Below, one piece after another: positions 48,454 through 61,499 of a stretch of DNA of 64,000 nt (within the stretch, counting starts at the first letter, position 1; each line of letters begins with the position of its first letter). The position numbers were made by a program, and so were the translations under genes. Source of the DNA: Azolla caroliniana. Lineage: Eukaryota > Plantae > Polypodiophyta. The notes below the pieces were generated by a model. That model did no database searches and was not told the DNA's origin. It saw nothing but the letters and a program-made list of their open reading frames with translations. The DNA is taken from assembly GCA_043228905.1 (NCBI GenBank), contig JBHGNT010000009.1, forward strand, positions 21,948,001-22,012,000, read 5' to 3'.

Positions 48454-51400
48454 ATGGTGAAGTTCTCAAAGCAATTCGAGCTACAATTGGTGCCCGAATG
48501 GAGACAAGCTTTTTGCGACTATCGAAAGCTAAAGAAAGAGTTGAAGGTGATCAAGATTATGCGACACAAAAATGGAACGAATGGTTATGGTGATCACAAT
48601 AATCAATGCCAACATTCTAATTATGATGGTGGCAATGATGAGCATCATCCATGGCCATACATAGCTAACATGGTGAAATGGATGCCAAGGCACGTGCAAG
48701 ATGTTATCAAGGTGACATGCCATTTGGTTTCACACATATGTGCACCCACTATTTCCTCTTAAAATTGCTAGGCCTAATGGTAATTTCATCCATGTCCTAA
48801 GGCGAACATACTCAAATTCCATTGCCTTAGTCCAATATTTGGTCCAATCATAGAACTCACAATTCTACAAAATCAGCAAAAGGGGCTGGGGAGGATTTGC
48901 ACATGTGCCACTTGTACGTGGCAATCACCCTCATGCATATGGCATGCATGGGCCAACATGACGTGACACCTATTAGCCAAGGTGTGAAACCATAAACTGT
49001 AAGCAAGCTAACATATCACGCCTTGGCTAAGGCCGAGTGTCATATGTTAACAATTGTATGCATGATCATTAATTGCATCATGCCTTGTACACAAGAAACT
49101 CCCCCACACCCTAATCCTAGGGATGTGTATAGTAGCCACCTTTAAGTATAGCATTCGAGATGTTGAAACCTAACATTTTGTGATGCTATAGATTTTGAGC
49201 AAGCATAAGTACTCTACCCATATCACTCATGCACAACCCAATATTTGCTCAAAATCAAACAAACCATATCAAAGCATTTGCTTGTCCTTCACATAGTTAT
49301 CTCATAAAACTAAGAAAACAATAAATTAGATAATTATTGTTGCTTAATGAATTGGAAGCCTTATATAAATATAACGCAGTCAAATATGCATCTATAAGGT
49401 TAAAAAGCTGCAAAAAGCAAGGCCTAGAGTTTACATAGAATTGCTTTATAATACCTGATGCTAAGAAAGCCGTGTATTCCACACTCATCACATCTCATGC
49501 CAAGTACCTACTCTACAAATTATAACACACTAGTTGCATGCATTTGTGACCAACACAAGCATTTTTTCAAACAAACTGTCCAATAATTCTAGCGACAACA
49601 ACACTAGTATACTCCAAACTCCCACAAAGCAAGCATCAATTGACTCTAAAAATTGGTTGGTTAACCAAAAATTAATGTAGATCTTCCACCCAAAACATCC
49701 AATACTTCTCTAGCGACTATAATGCTAGAATACTCCATACTTCCACTAAGCATCTATTTGCTCTAAAACTTGGTTGCCTAACAAAACATTTGTGTAATTA
49801 TTCTGACAAAATCATTTGATAATTCTACTAATTAAAACACTACAACATTACAATACTCCAACTAAGCAAGCATCTATTGTGTCTAAAAATTGGGTTCCTA
49901 ATAAAAGATACAACATGTTAGTTGCAAGGTATGTTATTTATGCTATGTCTAATGCTTTTTATAGTTGGGATCAAGCATATTCATATTTTATGAACAAACT
50001 AACCATCACATCAACATTTTCTCTCTAAAGGAAATCAATTAATCACTTCACTCCAAAGTGAAGAAATAGTTGTTATGTGGTAGTGATCACTTTGATTAAT
50101 GGGTTTTTACATAGGGATTACCTTCCTAATAAGATGAGAGTATCATGTCAAGGTTCCAAGGGGCTTTGAGATTGGGTTACAAAGCATTGTGAACAAGTTT
50201 GCACAAAATAACAATTGTCTGTTATTCAAACACAAGTTCATAATATTTTTCCTTTTGTAAGCATACTTGCATTAGATTAGATAAAGTTTTAGAATAAATT
50301 CTAGTTATTTCTATCCTATTTCACATTACATATCCTATTTAGTGAATGTTCCTCATATTTTCTTAAGGAAAAACAAGTCTAAAGTACATTATTGATTGCT
50401 TATAGTGCCCATTCAAAAGATTGTTAACTTATGCTTCTTTGGTGACATAGATACACAGTAAAAAGTGCCCATCTCATGTCCAATGTGAGATATACGAAAC
50501 GGAGGTTCTCGAACCATGCTGTAGAGACTTAAAAGAAGTTTCTTTCTTCAAGTCAATGGATGAAGAATTGAACAAAGTGAATGCATTTTATGCATCAAAG
50601 GAGGATGAATATTCACATACATTGGACATTCTCAAGAGGCAACTTGCATATCTTGTTGAAATGCGAAAAAAGCTTGAAAAGCAAGCATCATCCTCAACTA
50701 TCTCCCCTACTCCAAGCATGTGCTTTATTCCATACAATCCCTCAAACATCACACCGACAAAATGTAAGTAGTAATTCGAAAAATGAGTGATATTACAAAA
50801 CAAAAACATATGAGAGATTAAAAAATATAAAATGATTAAGATCGTTTTCCTGGTAGATGATATTTATATATGTCCATGGGTTTTTGTACGAGTGCAAGTG
50901 TATGATGTATGCATGTACTTGTGTATGTTGCTTTTGCATCTACATATTATCTATGTGTGTGTGAGAGAGAGAAACAAAAGTTGACCAATTCAAGTATTAT
51001 GTGAGCATTCCTAAAGGATGGAAGTCATGGAGTTGTTGAAACTTGTATAGGTTCGTCTGAGACACACAATGAAATGGTGGGATGCCATATTATAAATCAC
51101 ATTGAGTCCTATGATGAAGAGAAAGAGGTCGGATTTGATATGTATTCCTATGATCCAAATCAAGCGAATATGATATCAACAAATGGTGTAGGTTATGGTA
51201 CTGGAAAGCATGTGCAAAGCAAAGCAAACATGTTTATGGTTCCAAAGTTACGCCCATCCCTTACTATGGCGCATTTACTATGGGATAATCTATTGCCCAA
51301 AGACCTACTACAAGGAAAAAGGGGATTGGATGATATAGTCACAGAGAACAAATTCAAATATGCAAGAAAGAAACTTCGAGTGGCATTTGTTGAGTTTTAT

Positions 51401-54400
51401 AGAGCTCTCGGCCTCCTAGAAAGATTCCGGTATTATGAATACCTTCCTATTCTTATTCACTTTGCTTCTTTCTTACAACCTTGTTGAATTTATAAGGAAA
51501 GAAGATTATGACTAAATTGCATTATATTTGTTTTGCTGGATTGAATAGCTCTTTGAACATGTCAGCATTTCGAAACATATTGAAGAAATATGATAAGGTA
51601 ATACTTGTAAGGATGCAAAGACAGATTATATCCTAACTTTGTGTCATAAGCAAGCTTGTTATCATAATAGACTATGTCCAACTTATTTGATGTTGTCTGT
51701 AACCATATTTGAATTTTTTAGGTAACTGGAAGGAATGCATCGACTCCTTACTTGAAAGCTTTAGAGCGATCTCGGTTAAACAATTCAAACAAGGTTCGTG
51801 TTTGCAATCAATGTTGTATGTGTGTGTGTTATGTTTCATAGAAACCTAAGATGCATTGAAGGGTAGGTTTCATCAAGAAATGTAGCTTGTATGTTTGAGG
51901 GATTGTAAGTTCCAAGGAGGGATTGTATTTCGTTACATTACAGTTTCTATAATGAAATGTAATGAAATTTTTATAGGTTGATTTCATCACGGAGGAAGTT
52001 GAGAAATTGTGTGTCCACTATTTTGCAAATGATGATCAAAGAAAAGCAATGATGTTCTTAAGGCCGGTCCAAAAGAAGGCTTGTCACACCACCACATACC
52101 TCGTTGGTAAGTTTTTATGGCACATGGTTACATGAAATAAATCATAGCTAAAACTCTTCAAATATTTCTTCATAGAAGTAAAGGTTTCCATGATAGTTGG
52201 CCCTAGTTCATGTTTAGGATTGTTGTTTCATTTACTCACGATTTTTTACTACAAAGGGGAATCTAACCTTGGAGCCTTAGAATTTTCATGAAATGTTTGA
52301 AATACCCCCTCATATTTCCAAAATTAAGATACCCTTAATTTGTCTATATCATTCCTCCCAAACCTCTCCTCCCCTCACTTTGTAAAGAGATAGATTGATA
52401 GATTTACAAAAGTTCACATTGGGAAATTTGTAAGAACATGAGGGTATTTTGGTAAGTTCTCCTTTACATAAGAAACTACTTAGAATTTACAAGCCTAACA
52501 ATATGCATTTCCTTGAATTGTAAAGTTTAAGCTCGTCTTATATATAACATTGATACATTTTCTTTATACTTCTAGGTTTATTCTCAGGATGGTCATTAGC
52601 ATTTCTTGCTTCATTTGCCATATTGCTACATTTTAATAGTGTAAACTCAAGTGGTGAAGAAATGCAAGAGTATGCAAGAGTAGCATATCCTTTGTATAGG
52701 TATGCACTTGCTAATCCCATGATATAACCTTAGATTCATATTGACATATTTTAGAGTTGCGTTAAGCAAAAAATGTTTTGTTTGTGTACTTATTAGATTA
52801 TTTGGAGATAAAGTAATTTATATGTCTAAAGACTAATGAGGTAGTTTCATAACGAATCATTTATATATATATGGGTTTATACTAAAGAGAAATGTGATGT
52901 TTTGTGGACAGTACATTGTTATTGGTTCTCCTTCACATGTTCATGTACGGGGGGAATGTTTACCTATGGTGTCGATACAGAATCAACTATTCGTTCATTT
53001 TTGAGTTTAGTCCGACAACTGAGCTTAGGAGTAGAGAAATCTTGTTGGTCTGCACATGCTTGACCACCATAGTTGTGGCAAGCATGGTTAGCCATTTAAT
53101 TTTCTACTTTCATGGCCTAAACTTCGTCAACCCAAACTCCATTCCATTTGCAACATTGTTGGTACGTCACACACTTTTTTCTTTTCTTATTTTTGTACAA
53201 ACACCATTAAACTCTAGTTGATTAATTATCACGATCTTATTCTGTGTATGGAAACCATTTTCTTCCTAGGTGTGCAAGTGTATCCAAGGGTGGGTGTGTG
53301 TGCATGCACATGTGTGTCAATGTGTGAATGTTGACAACATTTGGTCATCTAGATACGAGAAAGACAAAGTTCTATTTGATACCAAATATAGTTTTTAATT
53401 ATCATGACGATCATTTTGGTTATATATTAGGTCTTCTTGCTCCTCTTATTTTGTCCTTTTAACACATTTCATCGATCGAGCCGCTTCTTCTTTTTGAATT
53501 CCTTGAAGCGCGTCATATTGGCTCCATTCTACAAAGTATGCAAATATCCAAATCTTGTTTCTTTCATGATACTTTGACATGAACATAAAACATGAAGTAT
53601 TTATAAAAGCTTTCATCTTGGGTTCTTTAGGTTACAATGGCAGATTTTTTCTTAGCTGATCAACTCACATGTCAGGTAATTATTGGCCTTCATAAACACG
53701 AGTGCTAGTTGTGTGTATCCCACATTGTAAATATCTAATGGTGAGATTGTTTTCTCTTCATTAGGTGGTGGTTATGCGACAAGTCCAACACATATTGTGT
53801 TATTATTTAGGAAGCCAAGTTCTATATGATGATGCTTTGCAAACATGCGGAGGAACCAAGTCCCATCAAATTTATGCATATATCTTATCATGCCTTCCAT
53901 ATTGGTGGCGTTTAATGCAAGCAAGTTATTTCTTTCTCCATTTGCTCTTATTTTTCTAATCCTTTCTTTAGATATGCACGCAAACATAACTCTAAGTAAA
54001 TTGTCAACATAAATGCAAAGTGTAGCAACTAATGAATTCCAGAAAGCAATGTTCTAATGTGCTATATAAAGGAACTTGACCATATCTAATATGTGTTCCT
54101 AATTCTACATATATTGGTATTAAATAGTGTTTGAGAAGATGGTATGATGAAGGGGGTTCGGTGCATCTCGCAAATGGTGGAAAGTATATGTCAGCAATTA
54201 TCGCAATAGGATGTCGACTTTCCTTCCAATTTTATGCTTCCAAGTCTTGGCTCCTCGTCTTTGTGATCACATCCTCACTCACAACTATCTACCAAATGTA
54301 CTGGGACATAGTTAAGGATTGGGGACTCCTACAATACCGTTCAAGAAATCCATGGTTAAGAGACGAACTTATTCTTAAGAGCAAGTTAGTGTATTTTATT

Positions 54401-54913
54401 TCAATGGTAAGTTTTTGTAAATTTGCTCCAATAAAATGTGTCCTCTGTTATACAAAGTATATAATTAATATATGTAACTTTTGTTTGTAGGTCTTGAATT
54501 GTCTTCTTAGACTCTCATGGCTTCAGTCACTCATGAATTTTCAATTTAAAAACTCCAACAATCATTATTTAATTGATTTCTTGTTTGCTTCATTGGAGGT
54601 GTTTCGAAGGGGTCATTGGAACTTTTATAGGTATGATAATAACCATATTGTAGTTGATAAAAGGATAACCTTGAAATTTAGAAAGTATGGGAAGTTCTAT
54701 ATCATTAATGTAACCAATAAGAAATTTGTTTACCTTTTAGAAAAAACAATGTCATGTTGATATATGTAAAGAATGCTATAGTGAAATATGACAAGCTTTC
54801 TAAATCATTATGTTCATAGGTTGGAAAATGAGCATCTCAACAATGTGGGCAAATATAGAGCCGTGAAGACTATTCCTCTCCCATTCCGAGATGAATTTGC
54901 CACAAGGATATAA
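48454..54913 (+). CDS. PHO1: PHO1-family SPX-EXS phosphate exporter, 14 predicted coding exons, 797 aa: 48454-48711, 50451-50763, 51051-51429, 51549-51597, 51722-51793, 51977-52106, 52576-52699, 52912-53161, 53431-53535, 53631-53675, 53765-53920, 54128-54406, 54491-54630, 54820-54913
   Basis: [57 protein letters not shown] (SPX). [53 protein letters not shown] (EXS). Exon phases are consistent and total 2394 nt. Family-level call; the paralogue is not determined. Confidence 0.95.
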
Positions 54914-57769
54914 GTGGACTTGTCTTCATACGTCTCTCCACCATCACACATTCAAATTGTCAATGTTTCGTTGGCTTATATATAAACATAACCCAATTTT
55001 GTCACTTAAACAAATATCTCGACAAGCCTTAATTGATCGACATTACAATGTCCGAGTCTATTTGATGTGGACAATGATTGTTCTCCAATATAGGAGGTAC
55101 TGGATCATCCCATCACGAGTAGTTTCCTACCAATGTAATGAAAAGTAATATATATAAATAAAGTGCAATTTGGATATTAAAGTACACAAAATCTATTTCA
55201 TAGCTATGTTTCCAATCAAGGGAAAAAAAGTTTTATTGTTTCATCCCAGAGGAGAGCAACTGTGTGGGAGAGTATGTTGAGGAAAATTTCATGTAGTGCT
55301 TGTTTTCTTGGGAGAAATAGACAAAGATAGATGCAACAATATAAGGATCATCACAAGTGAAGGAACAACATGAGTAGATCAACAATGAAGAAACACCAAC
55401 TAATGAAAGAGAAAAATATAGAGTGAGAGAAAGTAAACAAAATATGGATCTAGTTATTCAACATATTTTATATCAACTATTTACACCCATTTTTAGAGAG
55501 TGAGAAAATATGAGATTCCACGTATGCTATGCAGGTTCACATTGCCAACGTTACTTAAGGAGGTGCTTCATATCCAAATCCTATTATTATTGTGAAATGC
55601 CATGGTCCAGTCAAAGAAGCAATGAGCATGATGCCAAAGTGCAAGGTTCAGATCCTAAAATGACTCAATTGGTGTTTCCTATATAGGAAGGGGTTGAAAT
55701 ACACTCTAACATGCTAGTGTTAAAATGTGCATAGACTCAACCTTGTAGAATCAAAATAAAATTGATTGCCGATTTACAATTCAACATCATGTACAAATAA
55801 GATGACTACTTTGATGCAATGAAGTGACCTAAATCAACAACTAAGGTTTTGAACTAGAGAGTGATAATTGAGGTGCATCAAAGCTTTACAACATCTATTG
55901 AGGCGAAGGGCCAAGGCCAAATTAAGATAAATTGTATTATGTCAACACTTGACTGTTTATACCTGAAGATCTAATGCTTATAAACTAGAAAAAAAGATCC
56001 TCCTTGTAATGGATTATAACATGGACATTTAGAACAGATAGGAATCCAAGAAATAAATTCATGCATTAAGCTAAAATGATTGGACAATGAGAGTAGTGTC
56101 CTATTTTTATTCCTTGTCTCACTAATCTTTCCATACCTTCCTCAATGCTTTCAGTACTACCCCGCCTTGCTATGATATGTTATATGATGTCGGTCAAACT
56201 TAAGCTCATATTGAAGTTCATCTCACAAATGCATTGTAATGTAAATAGTAATGATAATTAAAATGAGATTAACCCAAATTGTAATAGCATAGAGAAAGTT
56301 CTAAAGTTGAAACAAATTCATACCATAGCAAGGCTATTATTGATAGATAGATAGAAATGAATAAGGAGGAATTCATATAAATGCACATAGAGAACACTTG
56401 TTCATGCAACCAAAGCTTTGGTGTAAGGTATAACAAAGTTACAAATGGACAAAGCCAATAAAATAAAAGTAATCAATGGTTTCAAAAGGTTTAAAACAAA
56501 CAATAATTGTGTTATTTCACACATATATTTATTTATTTATGTGTTTGTGTGTGTGACATGCATATACATAAGAACATTATATGGTTTCAAATAAGAATCT
56601 TAAAAGGAATGGCCAACTCTTTAGACATGTAGTAACCATAGATCAAAGATTCAATTCAACTATAAAGCTATAAAATGGGAACAATGTATTTGCGACATAC
56701 TTGGAGAGAAAGTTAGTGAGCTAAGGCAAAGTGATAATGAGTGCAACCTTCATGAAATCAAACATATGGAGCATGATCATCACCTGTGTGTATGAAAAAA
56801 GTGATTATAATTGAGAACCAAAATGAAAAGAAAACATTATAAAATGAAGTGATGGTAATCACATTACCAATGTCAAAGAATATCAAAATAACCACAGTCC
56901 ACAACGTCGGAGAAGCAAAATAAAACAATGGATTTAATGTAGCTTTGACAATGGCGTGGTATAAAAGTAACCAATAGCAACCAATGATGAATCTAACTAA
57001 CGTGAAATAAATCAATCAACATATGTGTGTATACAATCTTGCGTGAAAGGAAGCTTAAATGAGATAATGAGGAATTTATCATGTTACAATTGTTGGCCGC
57101 CCCACAAGTTGTAGCACATGTTGACAACCCACGTATGACTATATAGGGACCAAGTACAAAACTACAAAGCAATTATAAGTATTACGCTATATAATAGTTA
57201 GTATTAAGAGAGATGTAAACAAGTGCTTGATGCAACTGACATGCTTTAATGACCATGTGCATAAACGACACTGTCAATAAAATTGTTTGCCCCTTTCAGG
57301 CTTCCCTCAAAAGGAGACAAATACAATGTGAACAGAATGATTCTTAGGCTAATGTTAAGTCCACCTCTCCACCTCTCTCTAGTTGACACTATGGAGGTTA
57401 GCTAGCTAAATTAGTAAGACTCTCAACCCACTTAGCTAATGTATTGTGTATTGCTATTAACAAAGTCGTCCCTTAATCATTTGTTTAAACCCCCAGAAAC
57501 TACCATCATATTGTGTAGTAATCACTATTAATTGAATTGACTATTCTTTTGATGCAACTTTATCATATGTCATGAACAACATTGCTCTTGTTCCCATAAG
57601 TCATTAAGTACTTCATTTCACAACAAAGTCCAACCTATGTGAGTCTAAAACTCCGTTTCTAGGCTATTCATTGTTGATTGAAAACCACCAATGATGTTAC
57701 ATAAATAAATACAAATACGCTTGACGTGACCATTTGAGTTTTGACAAGAACTATTCAAACACTTGGTGA

Positions 57770-59432
57770 CCATGGAAGAAGAAGCAGAAGTTATGCAACT
57801 AGCCTCCCAAAAACCTATTAGGGTCATTGCCAGGTTAGACAAGAAGATTTTCCTAGATCCTAACCCTTTTTTGGCAGACCATGCACTACAACTAAGGGCA
57901 TTTCAAAGTACGCCGGTGGAACACCTTAATGGGGTTTTGTGAGATGTGGAAGATTAGCTAAAGAAATTCAGAACTATGAAAAGGAGTTTGGTGATTTTCT
58001 TCTCCTCTTTGATGGAAGACATGTATTGGAGGTCTCCGATACAAGAACAATCATTTGTTTGGAAGAAGATATGGTCTGGTCTACAATATCTTCTCTAGTA
58101 GTTTGGGTATTGTGGAAGGCTAGATGTAAATGTGTATTTTAGAAAATAAAACAGAATGCAGTTGAGTTAGTCAAAGAGGTATGGTTAATGCTCTTACACA
58201 CTTTAAGAGGTCAATATGATGCAATAGCTAGTGAGCCTGAGGTTGTGATTCGTAAACAACAACAGTTTCGCGAAATTTGGCAAAACGTTGAGGTCTTCAC
58301 CTCTTTTGGAGAAAGAATAAAGTGGAGATATGCTCCACCAAGATGGCTTCCCCCCCCCCCCCCCCCCCCAATCTTGGAACAACCCTACATGAGGGCTTTT
58401 GATACTTGACATGCTGGTTGATGTGGATATGAGGGTTGTAATATATTGTATGAATTCGTTGTAGCCTTTCGGCATCTTTCCATTAATACCAAGGTGAACC
58501 TTCTTTAAAAAAAATTTTTTTTAAAAAACACCTTAATTGGGACCTGGTTGATATTGCATGGCGGTTGGCTAGAAGTTCATTGGCAAATGAACAAGAAAGT
58601 AGGACTCTTCCTTTTTTCCAGTATTTTGTGGCCTACGAGAGACACTTCTTGTTGCAATGCCATTGCGTAAGTCCTACTGCACATAAGTATTGGAAGTCAG
58701 GTGCAATACCGCCTCAATATTTGGCAGCTTACTAGAAAAGTTTATGGACTTTACCATGTCTGCGGAGAGCCATTTCTTTTAAGTGGTTATTACTTCATTA
58801 TGCTTTACCTATAGGTTTTCATCTAAAAGGACATGTTGATGATCGTCATTGTGTGTGTTGCCAATACAGGAGGAGACTTTGAAACATTTGTTCTGGACTT
58901 GTATTGCAGCTCGAAAATATTGGGGAAGAATAGTAAGGATGTTTTCTTGTAAATATAGAGGAGCGATTTTTACATGGGAAGCTGTTTTTTGGGGGTCTTT
59001 GGATGTCCAAGTATCCATGTACGAAGGGGAGCAATGTGCGGAAGCATTGCACGTGTCGGAGAATAGAATTGAAGCAGTTCTCCCAAACATTTTGGGTGAT
59101 AAATATTTTAAAAAGTCTTTTGTTTGGAATATTGCTTCGATTAATGCTTTATGGGTGTGGTGGAAGTGTCGGTGCAGCAAGAAATATGAAGGTATCGAGT
59201 ATAATGTGGTGGATATGATAAGGATGTTCTAGGACAACTTAGTACACACAATTAAGGGAGAGTATGATAATATTAAAGGACCAGTAGAAAAGGTGCATAA
59301 GAAAAGAAGACAAATTCGTCAAATATGGTGGCCAATACCTCTATGGTTGGATGGGACACATGGAAACCGTTGAAATTATGTGCCACCACGATGGTTGTTT
59401 CCTCCGCCTAGTCCTTTCTTATTTCAGTCTTA
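57770..59432 (+). mobile_element. Degraded L1-type LINE 3' portion (zf-RVT-like) hosting a younger LINE fragment
   Basis: ETLKHLFWTC..YW, LWVWWKCRC and terminal NYVPPRWLFPPP. Sequence is contiguous across the 57931-58526 insert. 5' boundary approximate. Confidence 0.7.
57931..58526 (+). mobile_element. 5'-truncated L1-type LINE nested in another LINE
   Basis: VWVLWKARCKCVF..WRYAPPRWLPPP, A/T-rich tail, TSD AACACCTTAAT (57920-57930 and 58527-58537). Confidence 0.8.
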
Positions 59433-60036
59433 AGTTGGGATGGAATATACTTCCATCACATAAGAACACAACTTTTTGATATGGTTCAATGTGTAATTGA
59501 TGGACTATAAGGTATCGTTGTTGGGCTCTTAGACAAATGTTGATGGTGGATGAAGCATTCTTAATACTAGAGACTGAATAGTGAGGGGGTTTATGGATCG
59601 TCTTTGCTTGGGGAAGTCATCTGTATACTTGAAACATAATAATTCTATTCTTTGTTGGAGAAGGATGTTGCTATGGGAGGAAGACGCGTTGCTATGGTGT
59701 GATAGGGAGGTTATTTATATATTTCTATTACAACATAATTTGTAGTGTTTGATATTTTTTGGGAGGTTTTGTTAGGTACCTAATGGACTATGAAGTAGTG
59801 ACGTTGGATAGTTACCATGGACAGATATTGATGGTGGATGAAGTAGTTATTATCACTATTAGAATGGACAATGAGTGGATGTTGCTATGGGAGGACGAAG
59901 CATTTCTATGGAGTGACATGGAGGTTTAGTTTAAATATTTTTATTATAACTTACTTCATATTGGTTCATAGATTTTCTTCTGTAGTTGATGGAGGGTGTT
60001 GGATGAAGCATTTACTATAACTATTCAATAGTGGGG

Positions 60037-60640
60037 TTCATTTACTTTTCAAATTTGGGGAGTGATTTTCTCATTTTTCTGGGGAGGATGAGTGGAGACA
60101 AACTATCAAAAGGTGTTGTATTAGGAGGTATACATTTGGTAGTAAGTCTTATGTGTTGCTGACTATGAGCAGGTTGAATGTGGAAAATAGAAGAGTGTCT
60201 CAAGATGTAGCTATTTGGTGTAAGTTGAATATGGAGAATAGAAGAGTGGTTTGGCTTTGCTTGGGAAAGCCATCCTTATGGTAAAAAAATTTTGCTTTGT
60301 GCTTGTGACAAAGATGGATGATGTTAAAGGATGTTGAAGCAGTTCTAGGGAGTGATAGGGAGGATAGATTCTGTTTCATTTACTTTTTCAAATTTGGGGA
60401 GTGGTTTTCTCATTTTTCTAGGGAGGATGAGTGGAGACAAATTGTCAAAAGGTGTTGTATTAGGATGTATACATTTGGTAGTAGGTTGTATGTGTTGCTA
60501 ACTATGAGCAGGTTGAATGTGGAAAATAGAAGACTATCTCAAGATGCAACTACTTTGTGTACGTTGAAAGTGGAAAATAGAAGAGTGGTTTGGGTTTGCT
60601 TAGGGATGCCATCCTTATGGGAAAATCTTTTTACTTTGTG
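60037..60640. repeat. Diverged direct repeat, ~265-bp copies with ~338-bp period
   Basis: ttcatttactttt..caaatttggggagtg..ggaggatgagtggagacaaa..ccatccttatgg starting at 60037 and 60375. Confidence 0.85.
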
Positions 60641-61499
60641 GTTGGAAGCTTGTTTACTTAGGAGATACAAGACCTTGTGAAGCAATTGTTAAAGCTTTGA
60701 TTGGAGCTACAGTTTTAATACACGAGGCAACTTTTGATTATAGCATGCTTGTTGAAACGATCACGAAAAATCATAGTACGACAAAAGAAACAATAGAAGT
60801 TGCAAAATATGTTGGAGTGTATTGAGTCATTCTCACACATTTCAGTCAACGTTGTCGTGAAGATCCATCACTACATGTAAAAGTATAATGATAAAAATGT
60901 AGCTTCTAAGGAAATGACGTGGCTCACAATCTCACGGATCCGTCCGGGCGCCACCTCGCAATCTTGCCGGATCCGTCCGGTCGTTGTCCGGTTCCGGTCG
61001 GCCAAAAGCTTTACAAGTAGTTTAGCCACACCCATTCATCCGATTAGTTTAGCTCAAGTCACCTTAAACATTCTATGATCCATTCATAGACACAAAGTAA
61101 CAAATTTTGGCCCTGCTTATATACTCTAGGGTCCTTATTTGTCCTATCTATGTGGGATATCTTGTAGTTTTGTTTTTTGGCTTCTTCTTCGCAAACTTTA
61201 TACCCACATAACTTTCCACTTAGTTGTCCATTTCTTATGTGGTAAAGTGTATTTGAAAGCTCTTGAAGACCTCTATCTTTTTGTAACAAGATATTAAACT
61301 AGTATAAAATAGTATCCTCACTATTATTTTTTTATGTTGTGTGTGAAGAACCACACTCGATTTTGTACATTCTTCGCAATTTTCACACTGTTGCCGAAAA
61401 TCTTCCCGACATCCACCTCGACCAAACCACACGTCCTCTAGTACGTGCCAAGAAGAGAGAGTGAGAGATTTCGGCTACGGTGATTAATATGATTCCTCC

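Noticed and set aside
48974-48982. miR169-like TAGCCAAGG on a hairpin arm
   Set aside because: Only the first 9 nt match; the remainder differs from miR169.
52250-52470. Possible degraded MITE in PHO1 intron 6 (AAATACCCC..GGGTATTTT inverted motifs)
   Set aside because: The arms are too diverged to define termini or a TSD by eye.
54914-57760. ORFs downstream of PHO1 and a possible cis-natural antisense transcript
   Set aside because: No coding signature, and antisense transcription cannot be inferred from sequence alone.
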